From: an uncultured Oscillospiraceae bacterium
GTDB taxonomy: Bacteria; Bacillota; Clostridia; Saccharofermentanales; Saccharofermentanaceae
DNA length: 64,000 bases
Direction of reading: 5' to 3'
NCBI GenBank assembly: GCA_964499575.1
Contig: CAZCLK010000001.1
Location: 18,330 to 82,329, forward strand
A model generated the notes under the pieces. It was not told where the DNA came from and searched no databases. It saw only the letters and a list, made by a program, of their open reading frames with translations. Below are positions 47,550-58,818 of this stretch, one piece after another. Each line of letters opens with the position of its first letter. Position 1 is the stretch's first letter. Made by a program: the position numbers and the translations under genes.

Positions 47550-48362
47550 TCACGGAAGCTCAAGACGATAGAGCAACATCGACAGAACGGCAAGCCCCGC
47601 AGTCTCGGTGCGAAGGATCCTCTTCCCGAGCGATACCGCGATCGCGCCTTTTGAGACGGCGTATTCGATTTCCCGAACGTCGAATCCCCCCTCCGGACCG
47701 ATGAATATCGAAATCCTCGGCACATGCCTTTGGAGCTGCGCATATTCCGGTTGCGGCTTCTCGTTTTTCGAAAAATCAACGGGTTCACATCGCCCGGCAA
47801 AATCCTCCAGCGCCTCGAAAAACGACACGCTTCGCTCTTCTTCCCACGGGATGAACACGAGATCTGAAATTCGGCACGCCTCATCCATTGCTTCCCGAAA
47901 AGAATCCGGCGCATGAATGCGCGGAACGATTCCCCGCCCGCTTTGCCTCGCCGCCTCAAGGGCGACCTTCTGCCAACGCGCAGTTTTCTCGGCCGATTCG
48001 CGGGCACCGACCTTAACGACACAGCGCGCGCAGGCGACCGGATAAACGGCGGAGACTCCGAGTTCCACGGCTTTTTGAATGACCGAAGACATCTTGTCGG
48101 CTTTCGGAAGGCCTTGATACAAAAACGCCTCGTACGGCGCCTCGTTTTGATTCGGCGTCCCGGGACCGAGAGCAATTTCGATGCGCTTTGCCGCGGGGTT
48201 GACGATTATTCCCTCGTAGTCCGTCCGTAACGGATCACACACCGTAATGCTCTCTCCGGCGCGCATTCGCAAGACATCGCGGAGATAGCGGCTGTCTTCT
48301 TCTCCGAGGATATAGGACCCGGTACCCGGTTCAATCGGGTGTTCGGAAAATAATCTGGTCAT
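47550..48362 (-). CDS. rsmE: 16S rRNA (uracil1498-N3)-methyltransferase RsmE
   Basis: 270 aa. C-terminal SPOUT knot IGPEGGFDVREIE...LGKRILRTETA. Confidence 0.9.
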   Translation of the reverse strand: MTRLFSEHPIEPGTGSYILGEEDSRYLRDVLRMRAGESITVCDPLRTDYEGIIVNPAAKRIEIALGPGTPNQNEAPYEAFLYQGLPKADKMSSVIQKAVELGVSAVYPVACARCVVKVGARESAEKTARWQKVALEAARQSGRGIVPRIHAPDSFREAMDEACRISDLVFIPWEEERSVSFFEALEDFAGRCEPVDFSKNEKPQPEYAQLQRHVPRISIFIGPEGGFDVREIEYAVSKGAIAVSLGKRILRTETAGLAVLSMLLYRLELP

Positions 48363-48431
48363 ATTTTCTCCGATTTCTGTCGATTCTACGATGAATTATA
48401 TCAAAGAACGCGGGATCGATAAAATTTTCCA

Positions 48432-48460
48432 TTGAATATGCCGCAAAATAACTGTAAAAT
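48432..48460 (+). promoter_or_regulatory. Candidate sigma-A promoter for the AIM24-like gene
   Basis: TTGAAT, a 17-nt spacer, then TAAAAT, about 70 nt upstream of the start codon. Confidence 0.35.
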
Positions 48461-48530
48461 ATTAATGTATTCCTTAATTCGGGATGATTATAATCAACGG
48501 AAATCGAACCACGTGTGAGGAGGAAATATC

Positions 48531-49205
48531 ATGAAGTATGAAATTAAAGGAACACCTCTGCCTGTCGTCATCTGCGAACTGGACCCTGATGAGTTTTTAA
48601 TTACGGAAAAAGGCTCCATGAGTTGGATGTCACCGAACATGGAAATGGAGACTGTCGGCGGAGGAGTCGGCAAGGCTTTGGGACGTATGTTCTCGGGCGA
48701 GTCGCTTTTCCAGAACAAGTATACGGCGAAGGGCGGTAAGGGCTTGATCGCTTTTGCCTCAAGCTTTCCGGGCCAGATCATGGCGCTCGATATTCAACCC
48801 GGTAAGAGCATGATTGTTCAGAAGTCCGCATTCCTGGCTTCTCAGCCGAGTGTTGAGTTGTCCGTCCATTTCCAGAAGAAACTCGGCGCCGGATTCTTTG
48901 GCGGTGAGGGATTCATTATGCAGAAGCTGGCCGGACAGGGCGTCGCTTTTGTGGAGATTGACGGCCATGTTGTCGAGTACAATCTTCAGGCGGGCCAGTC
49001 GATGATGATCGATACCGGATATCTGGCAGTCATGGAAGAGAGCGTTTCTATGGATATTGTGACCGTCAAAGGCCTTAAGAATAAGCTCCTCGGCGGCGAG
49101 GGTTTCTTCAACACGAAGGTGACCGGCCCCGGACGCGTTTGGCTCCAGACAATGCCCATCAGTGCCGTTGCCATGAATATTATTCCGTTTATTCCGGCCA
49201 AGTAA
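48531..49205 (+). CDS. AIM24/TIGR00266-family (DUF124) protein
   Basis: 224 aa. The N-terminus MKYEIKGTPLPVVICELDPDEFLITEKGSMSWM and repeated beta-rich GGEGF blocks match this family as I recall it. Confidence 0.7.
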   Translation: MKYEIKGTPLPVVICELDPDEFLITEKGSMSWMSPNMEMETVGGGVGKALGRMFSGESLFQNKYTAKGGKGLIAFASSFPGQIMALDIQPGKSMIVQKSAFLASQPSVELSVHFQKKLGAGFFGGEGFIMQKLAGQGVAFVEIDGHVVEYNLQAGQSMMIDTGYLAVMEESVSMDIVTVKGLKNKLLGGEGFFNTKVTGPGRVWLQTMPISAVAMNIIPFIPAK

Positions 49206-49225
49206 TCTTCGCAGAAAGAATATAT

Positions 49226-49262
49226 AAAAATGCCGTCCGATCCATATCGGGCGGCATTTTTT
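49226..49262. terminator. Bidirectional rho-independent terminator
   Basis: AAAAA-ATGCCGTCCGAT-ccat-ATCGGGCGGCAT-TTTTTT lies between the convergent AIM24-like and trpB-like genes. Confidence 0.85.
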
Positions 49263-49281
49263 GATGTTTGGCGCTTGATAA

Positions 49282-50667
49282 CTATTCCTGGATTCCCGGA
49301 ATCTTCGGCAAGGTCGCGAAACCCTCCGCAAGGTCGGCATCCGTAGGCACATAATCCTTCATCTTGCCTTCGCGATAAGCGGTATAAGCACCCATGTCGA
49401 AGTTACCGGTTCCGCTCAGGTTAAAGAGGATGACCTTGGACTCGCCGGTTTCCCTGCACTTGATCGCCTCTTGCATGGCCGCGAGGATCGCGTGCGCAGA
49501 TTCGGGTGCGGGAAGGATCGTCTCACACTTTGCAAACTCTACCGCCGCCTTAAAGACATCGGTCTGCCTGACCGCTCTGGCCTCGTCGAGAAGACCGTCG
49601 TGATAAAGCTTCGAGAGGACCGGAGACATACCGTGATAACGCAGTCCGCCCGCGTGATCCGGTGAAGGAATGAATCCCGCTCCGAGTGTATACATCTTAG
49701 CCAGAGGTGTCATATGACCGGTATCGCAGAAATCGTACGCATACTTTCCGCGTGTCATCGTCGGGCAGGAAGCCGGTTCGACCGCGATGAAGTGCGGATT
49801 GGCCTTGCCCTGAAGTTTATCGCGCATAAAGGAAGCCATGATTCCGCCCATGTTGGAACCGCCGCCGGCACAACCGATGACGATGTCCGGGTACTCGTCG
49901 ATCATCTCCATCTGGATTTTGCACTCCTCGCCGATGATGGACTGGTGAAGGAGAACCTGATTGAGGACGGACCCGAGTACATACCGATACCCTTCGGTCG
50001 TGACGGCCTTTTCGACCGCTTCGGAAATCGCGCAGCCGAGACTGCCGCCGGTATTCGGATGTTCCGCTAAAATCCTGCGGCCGACTTCGGTCGTCGTGGA
50101 CGGCGAAGGGATCAACTGAGCCCCGAAGGTCTCAATGACAGCTTTGCGGTATGGTTTCTGCTCGGAACTGCACTTGACCATGTAGACGATCAGATCGAGT
50201 CCGAAATACGATGTGGCCATCGCCATCGCCGTGCCCCATTGGCCGGCGCCGGTCTCGGTGGTCAGGCCTTTGAGCTTCTGTTCTTTGGCATAGTAGGCCT
50301 GAGCCGCAGCTGTATTGAGTTTGTGGCTTCCGGACGTGTTGTTGCCCTCAAACTTATAGTAGATACGAGCCGGAGTATCCAGTGCCCGCTCCAGTTCGTA
50401 CGCGCGAACGAGAGGAGACGGTCTGAAGATTTTATAAAAATCGAGGATCGGTCCGGGAATATCAAAGTAGCGTGTTGTGTTGTCGCCCTCTTGTTTGGCG
50501 AGTTCTGTACAGAAGACCGGCAGGAGATCCTCCAGTTCGACAGGCTGCATCTTGCCCGGATGGATGTACGGTTCATGCATTTCTTTCATATCCGCACGAA
50601 CGTTATACCACCGGGTCGGCATCTGATCTTCGGTTAAAAACACTCTCTTCGGTACTTTACGTGACAT
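49282..50667 (-). CDS. trpB: TrpB-like PLP-dependent enzyme (tryptophan synthase beta chain 2 type), stand-alone
   Basis: Starts at MSRKVPKRVFLTEDQMPTRWYN with GAAAGGAG upstream. Has GSHKLN (PLP lysine) and GGGSN. About 460 aa, typical of TrpB2. There is no trpA in the window. Confidence 0.85.
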   Translation of the reverse strand: MSRKVPKRVFLTEDQMPTRWYNVRADMKEMHEPYIHPGKMQPVELEDLLPVFCTELAKQEGDNTTRYFDIPGPILDFYKIFRPSPLVRAYELERALDTPARIYYKFEGNNTSGSHKLNTAAAQAYYAKEQKLKGLTTETGAGQWGTAMAMATSYFGLDLIVYMVKCSSEQKPYRKAVIETFGAQLIPSPSTTTEVGRRILAEHPNTGGSLGCAISEAVEKAVTTEGYRYVLGSVLNQVLLHQSIIGEECKIQMEMIDEYPDIVIGCAGGGSNMGGIMASFMRDKLQGKANPHFIAVEPASCPTMTRGKYAYDFCDTGHMTPLAKMYTLGAGFIPSPDHAGGLRYHGMSPVLSKLYHDGLLDEARAVRQTDVFKAAVEFAKCETILPAPESAHAILAAMQEAIKCRETGESKVILFNLSGTGNFDMGAYTAYREGKMKDYVPTDADLAEGFATLPKIPGIQE

Positions 50668-50756
50668 GGCTGACTCCTTTCCTCGCCGCTTGTGCTTTTC
50701 GAAAAGCAACGGCATGCCGTCATCGGGCAAATCAAAAATAACGCTTGTTTGGGGCA

Positions 50757-51005
50757 AACAAAAAGCTCCCATCCCCTATATGGGACAAGAGCATAACGCC
50801 TGCGGTACCACCCAAATTGACCGTGATTATGAGGCACGGCCCACTTACTCCGCGTCGATTCGACGCGCTCCCCTGATAACGGGTGAAGTCCCCGTCAGCG
50901 ACTACTCGATTCGTGCGGCGCACGCATCTTTCGGGCTGCCCTCTCAGGCCCATTCTCTCTTCTTCCCGTGCCCTGTTCCCATCGTCCGGGGCTCTCTGTG
51001 ACGGT
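50757..51005 (-). promoter_or_regulatory. T-box riboswitch leader upstream of the TrpB-like gene
   Basis: The minus strand reads AAUUUGGGUGGUACCGCAGG (50820-50799), the canonical T-box sequence. Upstream are GAAGAAGAGAGAA (AGAGA-type stem I element), CCGUUA (F-box-like) and a stem III-like CGCGUCG/CGACGCG helix. Downstream is UCCCAU-AUAGGGG-AUGGGA followed by GCUUUUUGUUU. Confidence 0.8.
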
Positions 51006-51013
51006 TCTTTGAA

Positions 51014-51042
51014 AAGATACTATCCCTGATCAACGGTTTCAA
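51014..51042 (-). promoter_or_regulatory. Candidate promoter for the T-box leader
   Basis: The minus strand reads TTGAAA, a 17-nt spacer, then TATCTT, immediately upstream of the leader. Confidence 0.35.
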
Positions 51043-51116
51043 TATCCTGTAGGGTGAAGTATGCAACACACCGGAAAACTTGTCAAGTATGATATACTTC
51101 GTACGAGGTAAAAACG

Positions 51117-52229
51117 ATGCAAAACGACTATTCCGGGCACGTCCGCACGCTTTTTGTCTGGTACGATGCCCATCGGCGGGACCTTCCGTGGCGCAAGGAT
51201 CGCAACCCCTATACATCCTGGATTTCCGAGGTTATGCTTCAGCAGACCCGGGTCGACACCGTAATCCCTTATTATGAACGTTTTCTGAAGCTTTTTCCCG
51301 ATATCCGGGCCTTGGCCGCGGCCGGGATCGACGACATCTATAAAGCGTGGGAAGGACTCGGCTATTATTCGAGAGCCGCGAATCTATCCAAGGGCGCGAA
51401 ATATTTAGTTGAGAATTACGACGGGGTGTTCCCGAAAACCGCGGAAGATATACGTAAAATACCTGGGATCGGTCCATACATCGCGGCGGCGATCCTTTCG
51501 ATGGCATACGGTGAGCCCGAACCTTCCGTTGACGGGAATCTGATCCGCGTAATTTCGCGCCTGAATGCGATGGATGGTACACCGGACGACTCTTCTTCGC
51601 GAAAAGCGATTACCGCGATTGCCCGCGATATGATCCCCGCTGATCGGCCGGGCGACTTCAACGAGGCAATGATGGACATCGGCGCGACAATCTGCACGCC
51701 CAAATCCCCCGCTTGTGAAATATGTCCGTTTCATGCTCTCTGTACAGCCAATAAACTCGGTACGCCCGAGATGTTTCCGGGAAGCAGGAAGGCAGCATCT
51801 TTGCCCGCCTACCCGTTTACCGTCTGTGTTGTATCGTGGAACGGTTCGGTGTGGGTTCAAAAAAGACCTTCAGAAGGTCTTCTGGCCGGGCTTTATGAGT
51901 TTCCGATGTTTCCCGGACACCTGTCGCCGGAAGAAGCGAAGCAGTCTCTTTGTTTGACCACGGGCATCTCGGCCGTTTGCGCGGCACGACCCGAAGAACT
52001 TCCGAATTCGACACACCGCTTTTCGCATATGATCTGGGATATGAAGGGTTATTTGTTTCGTATCGACGCCGAGCCTTCCAAAGAAAGTTCTCCGCTCTAT
52101 TTCGCCGAGAATAATGGCACGAAGTCTTGTAGGTTCGTTACTCCGGATGAGTCCCGAAAACTCGCTTTTCCGACGGCACTTCGGGCATATACCGAAGCAA
52201 TTCGCCCTCCGAAATCCCGGCCCGGCTGA
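51117..52229 (+). CDS. mutY: A/G-specific adenine DNA glycosylase MutY
   Basis: 370 aa. PWR...PY..WISEVMLQQT, an HhH-GPD region, the 4Fe-4S cluster CTPKSPACEICPFHALC and a NUDIX-like C-terminal domain. Confidence 0.92.
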   Translation: MQNDYSGHVRTLFVWYDAHRRDLPWRKDRNPYTSWISEVMLQQTRVDTVIPYYERFLKLFPDIRALAAAGIDDIYKAWEGLGYYSRAANLSKGAKYLVENYDGVFPKTAEDIRKIPGIGPYIAAAILSMAYGEPEPSVDGNLIRVISRLNAMDGTPDDSSSRKAITAIARDMIPADRPGDFNEAMMDIGATICTPKSPACEICPFHALCTANKLGTPEMFPGSRKAASLPAYPFTVCVVSWNGSVWVQKRPSEGLLAGLYEFPMFPGHLSPEEAKQSLCLTTGISAVCAARPEELPNSTHRFSHMIWDMKGYLFRIDAEPSKESSPLYFAENNGTKSCRFVTPDESRKLAFPTALRAYTEAIRPPKSRPG

Positions 52230-53247
52230 ACAGGTATGCGTGCCAGTCGCCCTTACGGACCGATTCAATTAAGGCATAATCCCTTTCTTTATAGGCGCGA
52301 AGTACCTCTTCGCTTCGGTGATCAATGATTCCCGACACGAGCAGTAAACCGCCTTCATTCAGGTATTCGGGGAAGGACGGGCACAGATCGATGAGCACAT
52401 CCGCGATAATATTCGCGACAACAATCGAATAATCCTTCCGATATGCGTCAGTCAGGACCCCGCAATGCACCTTAACCTTTGAACGGTTGGCGTTGATGTT
52501 CTCCGATGCCACCATGATCGCGGTCCGGTCAATATCGATGGCTTCGACATATTCGGCGCCGAGCCGGTCCGCGATGATCGATAGAATGCCCGAACCGCAA
52601 CCGAGATCGAGGACCCGATCCCCGGGCCGGAGGATTCGATCCAGAAGTTCGGCGCACATGGAGGTCGTCTCGTGCGTACCGGTCCCGAAAGCCGAACCCG
52701 GATCCAGGTAGATAACATGTTCTCCCTCACCGGCGCTGTATTCCTCCCAGGACGGCGATACGGTGATGCGTTCGGATAATCGGAAGGGCTTATAATCCTT
52801 TTTCCAATTGTCCGCCCATTCTTCCTCGCGGACAGTTACGCAATTGACTTTCGCGTCTCCGACCGGCAAATAATCGGCGATTTTCACCAGACGGGAAATA
52901 ATTTGTCTCTTGAGCTCCGCGATGGATCGTTCTTTCCGGGGGCGATCGGCATAAAGCTCTTGTCCGCGATTCATCGGTTCCCGATCTTGACGGAGCTCGG
53001 CTGTGATCACCATCTCTCCTTCAGAAGGGAAATACGCTTTGATCACCACATCCGATCCAAGAGAATCAATGAAAGCGTCGTCCGCATAGGCCAGAGAATC
53101 CGGCGCGTTCAGGATCTGTTTGATATCGGACGGATCTTCGACCGACACACCTTCCGCGCCCAATTCAAAAAGCATCTCGCACACGGCGTCGGATGCTTCC
53201 TGAGTAGTATTGACCGTAAATTCGATCCAGTTCAATTCAGATGCCAA
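52138..53247 (-). CDS. prmA: Ribosomal protein L11 methyltransferase PrmA (with about 30 aa of extra C-terminus)
   Basis: N-terminus [11 protein letters not shown] motif [13 protein letters not shown], and GDW near the C-terminus. TTG start inside the dnaJ end. The 3' end overlaps the mutY 3' end. Confidence 0.88.
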   Translation of the reverse strand: MASELNWIEFTVNTTQEASDAVCEMLFELGAEGVSVEDPSDIKQILNAPDSLAYADDAFIDSLGSDVVIKAYFPSEGEMVITAELRQDREPMNRGQELYADRPRKERSIAELKRQIISRLVKIADYLPVGDAKVNCVTVREEEWADNWKKDYKPFRLSERITVSPSWEEYSAGEGEHVIYLDPGSAFGTGTHETTSMCAELLDRILRPGDRVLDLGCGSGILSIIADRLGAEYVEAIDIDRTAIMVASENINANRSKVKVHCGVLTDAYRKDYSIVVANIIADVLIDLCPSFPEYLNEGGLLLVSGIIDHRSEEVLRAYKERDYALIESVRKGDWHAYLFSRAGISEGELLRYMPEVPSEKRVFGTHPE

Positions 53248-54364
53248 AGATATCCTTCACTTTCTTGAAAAAGCTGTTGCGCTTCTGATAATTCCTGTCC
53301 GAAAGCGTCGATTCAAATTTCTTCAACAGTTCTTTCTGCTCCTCGGTAAGGCTGGTCGGCACTTCCAAAACAAACCGGCATATATGATCTCCGCGGGTTG
53401 TCGGGCGGTTCTTCATCGGGATTCCTTTCCCCCGTAGCGTATAGGTATCAAACGGCTGTGTTCCGTCTTTGATATGCGTAGTCACCTTACCGTCGATCGT
53501 TGGGATCTCGATATCGGCTCCGAGGACCGCCTGAGCGTATGTGATCGGCAGATCACAGTAGGTGTTAACCCCCCTTCGCTCGAAAACGGGGTGCGGCCGA
53601 ACCTTGAATTGAACATAAAGATCTCCGTACGGACCGCCGCGCAATCCGGGCTCCCCTTCCCCCTTGATCGGCATCATATCGTCGGTATCGACACCCGCCG
53701 GGACATGGATCTTCAGATCCTTCTTTTTGGCGCGACGACCGCGACCTCCGCAAGCGGTGCAGGGATTACGAATGACGGTACCTCTTCCGCCGCATGCCGG
53801 GCAGTCCCGCGTAACCATCGTCATTCCGAAAAGAGTCTGCGACTGTTGTTGGACGCGACCGGAGCCCTTACAGGAAGGGCAAGTCTCCGGTGATGACCCG
53901 GAAGCGGCGCCGGAACCTCTGCAGGAATCACAGACATCTTCTTTGGTTATCGTAATGGTTTTATCGACCCCGAACGCGGCTTCCATAAAATCCAACGACA
54001 TACCGTATTTGAGGTTAGCTCCCTGCTCCGGTCCGCTTCTTCTTCTGCCGCCGCCTCCGAACGCCCCGCCGAAAATGGATCCGAAGAGGTCCCCCAAATC
54101 GATATCCGATCCCGAGAATCCCGAGAATCCCTGACCGTCCATTCCGGAATGACCGAACTGATCGTATTGCCGACGCTTTTCGCCGTCAGACAGTACCGCA
54201 TAGGCCTCGTTGACTTCCTTGAACTTTGCCTCCGCAACCTTATCGTTCGGATTCAGGTCGGGATGGTACTGCTTGGCCAACTTTCGGTAAGCCTTTTTCA
54301 GATCCTCATCCGATGCGCTCTTGCCGACTCCGAGAACCTCATAGTAATCACGCTTTTCTGCCAA
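53237..54364 (-). CDS. dnaJ: Molecular chaperone DnaJ
   Basis: I prefer the TTG start at 54364 (GAGGAGG upstream), giving (M)[12 protein letters not shown]. It has a J-domain HPD motif, a G/F region and four CxxCxGxG repeats. The ORF track extends to 54418. Confidence 0.95.
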   Translation of the reverse strand: MAEKRDYYEVLGVGKSASDEDLKKAYRKLAKQYHPDLNPNDKVAEAKFKEVNEAYAVLSDGEKRRQYDQFGHSGMDGQGFSGFSGSDIDLGDLFGSIFGGAFGGGGRRRSGPEQGANLKYGMSLDFMEAAFGVDKTITITKEDVCDSCRGSGAASGSSPETCPSCKGSGRVQQQSQTLFGMTMVTRDCPACGGRGTVIRNPCTACGGRGRRAKKKDLKIHVPAGVDTDDMMPIKGEGEPGLRGGPYGDLYVQFKVRPHPVFERRGVNTYCDLPITYAQAVLGADIEIPTIDGKVTTHIKDGTQPFDTYTLRGKGIPMKNRPTTRGDHICRFVLEVPTSLTEEQKELLKKFESTLSDRNYQKRNSFFKKVKDIFGI

Positions 54365-54453
54365 AGACGTGTCCTCCTCGTGTATAAGTCCGGATAAAAA
54401 CAGGAAACGATGCGGCATCTCTGCCGCATCGATCTGTCTTTCGGGTCAACGGA

Positions 54454-56328
<1,875 letters not shown>

Positions 56329-56351
56329 CTATGCCCGTTGCTCGAAAATAA

Positions 56352-56957
56352 TTACGCTCTTTTTGTCATGATTTGATCGACGATTCCGTATTTTACGGCC
56401 TCTTCGGCGCTCATCCAGTTATCGCGGTCCATGTCCTTTTCGATGGTCTCAAGCGGCTGACCGGTCATTTCGGCCATCAGCTCGTTGAGCTTCTTTTTGG
56501 TTTTCTCGATATGTTTGGCCGCGATCAGGATATCCGTAGCCTGTCCTTGCGTACCGCCCGAGGGTTGATGGATCATCACCTCGGCATTCGGCAAGATAAA
56601 TCGCTTGCCCTTGGTTCCCGCCGCCAGAAGGAAGGCGCCCATCGACGCGGACATCCCCATACAGATTGTCTGAACGTTCGGTTTGATGTGCTTCATCGTA
56701 TCGAAGATCATCAGACCGTCCGATACCGATCCTCCGGGGCTGTTGATGTAGAATTGAATATCCTTATCCGGATCTTCCGCTTCCAAAAACAGTAGTTGCG
56801 CCGTAATGAGGCTGGCGGTGATATGATTGACCTCCTCGGAAAGGATGACGATCCGCTCCTTTAAGAGTCTTGAAAAGATGTCGTACGCGCGTTCTCCGCG
56901 GTTGGTCGTCTCGATAACTGTCGGTACCAGATTGGACTTGATGTTCTCGTTTGTCAT
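56352..56957 (-). CDS. clpP: ATP-dependent Clp protease proteolytic subunit ClpP
   Basis: 201 aa. [19 protein letters not shown], catalytic Ser in [11 protein letters not shown], His in MIHQPSGG, Asp in DRDNWMSA. Confidence 0.93.
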   Translation of the reverse strand: MTNENIKSNLVPTVIETTNRGERAYDIFSRLLKERIVILSEEVNHITASLITAQLLFLEAEDPDKDIQFYINSPGGSVSDGLMIFDTMKHIKPNVQTICMGMSASMGAFLLAAGTKGKRFILPNAEVMIHQPSGGTQGQATDILIAAKHIEKTKKKLNELMAEMTGQPLETIEKDMDRDNWMSAEEAVKYGIVDQIMTKRA

Positions 56958-56976
56958 GTTCTTTCTCCTTTATAAA

Positions 56977-57585
56977 TCAGTTTGCGACTTTCACCACTGA
57001 ATATCTTAAGACCCTGTCCGCGGTACGATAGCCCTTTTGAAAAACCTGAGCGATACACTGTTCTCCAAGCTCTCCGTCCTCCACGTGAAGCACGGCCTCA
57101 TGAAGATTCGGGTCGAAACAGACACCTTCCGCGCAATCGATCTCCCGGATCCCGAATTTTGCGAAGACTTCCTGAATCTGCCGATGGATCATCCTAACGC
57201 CCTCGGCGACTTTCTGCGCGGTCTCTTGCGAATCCTCGATCTGAAAACACATTGCTCGCTCCACATTATCGATGACCGGAAGCCACTCCTTCGCAATCTC
57301 CGCCACCGCATCCGCATAAAGGGATTCACGTTCTTTTTGCGTTCTCTTTCTGAAATTATCGTACTCGGCTAAAAGCCGTAAATACCTGTCCTTCAGCTCG
57401 CTGATCTCGGCGTTCGTCTTATCCTCGTGTTCGGGTTTTCTGCCCTTCTTGTCGCCCTTCGCAGTCCCTCCGGACCCCTCGGGGCTGTTCGCGGCTTCGC
57501 TGCTATCTGCTTTCGGTTCCGCCGATGGATCCTGCGAAGCTTTGTTGATATTCTCCTGTGCTTCGCCGTGTGGTCTTTTCGTCAT
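56977..57585 (-). CDS. grpE: Nucleotide exchange factor GrpE
   Basis: 202 aa. RLLAEYDNFRKRTQKE and a C-terminal beta domain GYRTADRVLRYSVVKV. Confidence 0.93.
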   Translation of the reverse strand: MTKRPHGEAQENINKASQDPSAEPKADSSEAANSPEGSGGTAKGDKKGRKPEHEDKTNAEISELKDRYLRLLAEYDNFRKRTQKERESLYADAVAEIAKEWLPVIDNVERAMCFQIEDSQETAQKVAEGVRMIHRQIQEVFAKFGIREIDCAEGVCFDPNLHEAVLHVEDGELGEQCIAQVFQKGYRTADRVLRYSVVKVAN

Positions 57586-57589
57586 TATT

Positions 57590-58645
57590 CTATCCTCCGT
57601 TCAATGCTTTTATTTTTTCGAGTTGATGATTGATCACCTGCCGTATGAAACTGATCTGCGATATGACCTTGGAATACTCCATGCGCTTCGGTCCGATGAC
57701 GCCGATATTCCCGGCGATCTTGTCCCCTACGTTGTATGTAGTCGTGATGAAACTGCAATCCGTCAATCCCTCAATGGATATTTCCTGCCCGATGCGGATC
57801 ATATACGAAGCCCTTTCATTCTCCAAAGATAGTTCGTTTACATATCCGGATACGATCCCGTCCATGGCCAAAGTATCGAAAAGCGTCCTGGCCTTCGTCA
57901 CGTTGCTGAACTCGGGAAGCGACAGCATCCGGTTCGTTCCGTCCATATACAGTTCCAGGTTATCGGCCTGCTTGATTGCCGTATAAGCCTCATAGAGCAC
58001 CTGATTTAAAAGAGAGTCCGGCACATGGGAATCCTTCGCCGCCGAGGCAATAGTGACCAGAGAGATTTCTTCCAGCGGCTTCCCGCTCAAACCGGTCTCA
58101 ATCGCCGACGAAATCCGTGAAAGTTGCTCCGGCGTCAGATAATCCGGGATACGAACCAACCGGTCCTTGACGATCCCGGCGGACAGAACAACAACCACCA
58201 ATACCTTTCCGGGCTCAATCATCATCATCTTCAACTGCTTCAGATAGCTTTTCCGAAGTCTTGGGGTGATCGCCAGGGAAACATACCCTGTCTGCTCCGA
58301 AATCGTGCTGGAAGCCTTCTTCAGAAGCCCCGCAAGTTCGTCAAAACTCTCGCTGAGTCTTCTCCTGATCTCCTCGCCCTGCGCGTCGGACAACGTGTCG
58401 ACCTTCATCAGGGAATCGACATACTCTCTGTAGCCCTTGTCGGACGGGACCCTTCCCGAAGAGGTGTGGGGTTGTTCCAGATAACCCATCTGTTCCAGAT
58501 CCGCCATCTCGTTTCTGACCGTCGCCGAACTGACGCGAAATTCATGGCGCTGAATGAGCGCGTTGGAAGCGACCGGTTCCGCCGTCGAGACATAGTCGTC
58601 GACGATCGCCTGAAGAATTTGCTTTTTCCGTGGATCCAAAGGCAT
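57590..58645 (-). CDS. hrcA: Heat-inducible transcription repressor HrcA
   Basis: Starts at MPLDPRKKQILQAIVDDYVSTAEPVAS (winged helix). About 350 aa, with CIRCE immediately upstream. Confidence 0.93.
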   Translation of the reverse strand: MPLDPRKKQILQAIVDDYVSTAEPVASNALIQRHEFRVSSATVRNEMADLEQMGYLEQPHTSSGRVPSDKGYREYVDSLMKVDTLSDAQGEEIRRRLSESFDELAGLLKKASSTISEQTGYVSLAITPRLRKSYLKQLKMMMIEPGKVLVVVVLSAGIVKDRLVRIPDYLTPEQLSRISSAIETGLSGKPLEEISLVTIASAAKDSHVPDSLLNQVLYEAYTAIKQADNLELYMDGTNRMLSLPEFSNVTKARTLFDTLAMDGIVSGYVNELSLENERASYMIRIGQEISIEGLTDCSFITTTYNVGDKIAGNIGVIGPKRMEYSKVISQISFIRQVINHQLEKIKALNGG

Positions 58646-58723
58646 AATCGGTCGCTCCTTTCCCGGGATATCACCGGCGCCCGACATGGGCTTGCGCTTA
58701 TCGCGTACCGGCTGATTATAGGG

Positions 58724-58750
58724 TTAGCACTCCTAATCATCGAGTGCTAA
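58724..58750 (-). promoter_or_regulatory. CIRCE operator (perfect consensus)
   Basis: TTAGCACTC-ctaatcatc-GAGTGCTAA, the 9-N9-9 inverted repeat that HrcA binds, about 80 nt upstream of the hrcA start. Confidence 0.95.
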
Positions 58751-58754
58751 AACC

Positions 58755-58783
58755 AATTTAGCACCAATGTCAAAGAATGTCAA
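58755..58783 (-). promoter_or_regulatory. Candidate sigma-A promoter of the hrcA operon
   Basis: The minus strand reads TTGACA, a 17-nt spacer, then TAAATT. CIRCE begins 4 nt downstream of the -10. A second TTGACA copy lies 10 nt closer. Confidence 0.5.
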
Positions 58784-58818
58784 ATGGTAATTCCGGGAGA
58801 ATGGAAATGTTTTTTCCG

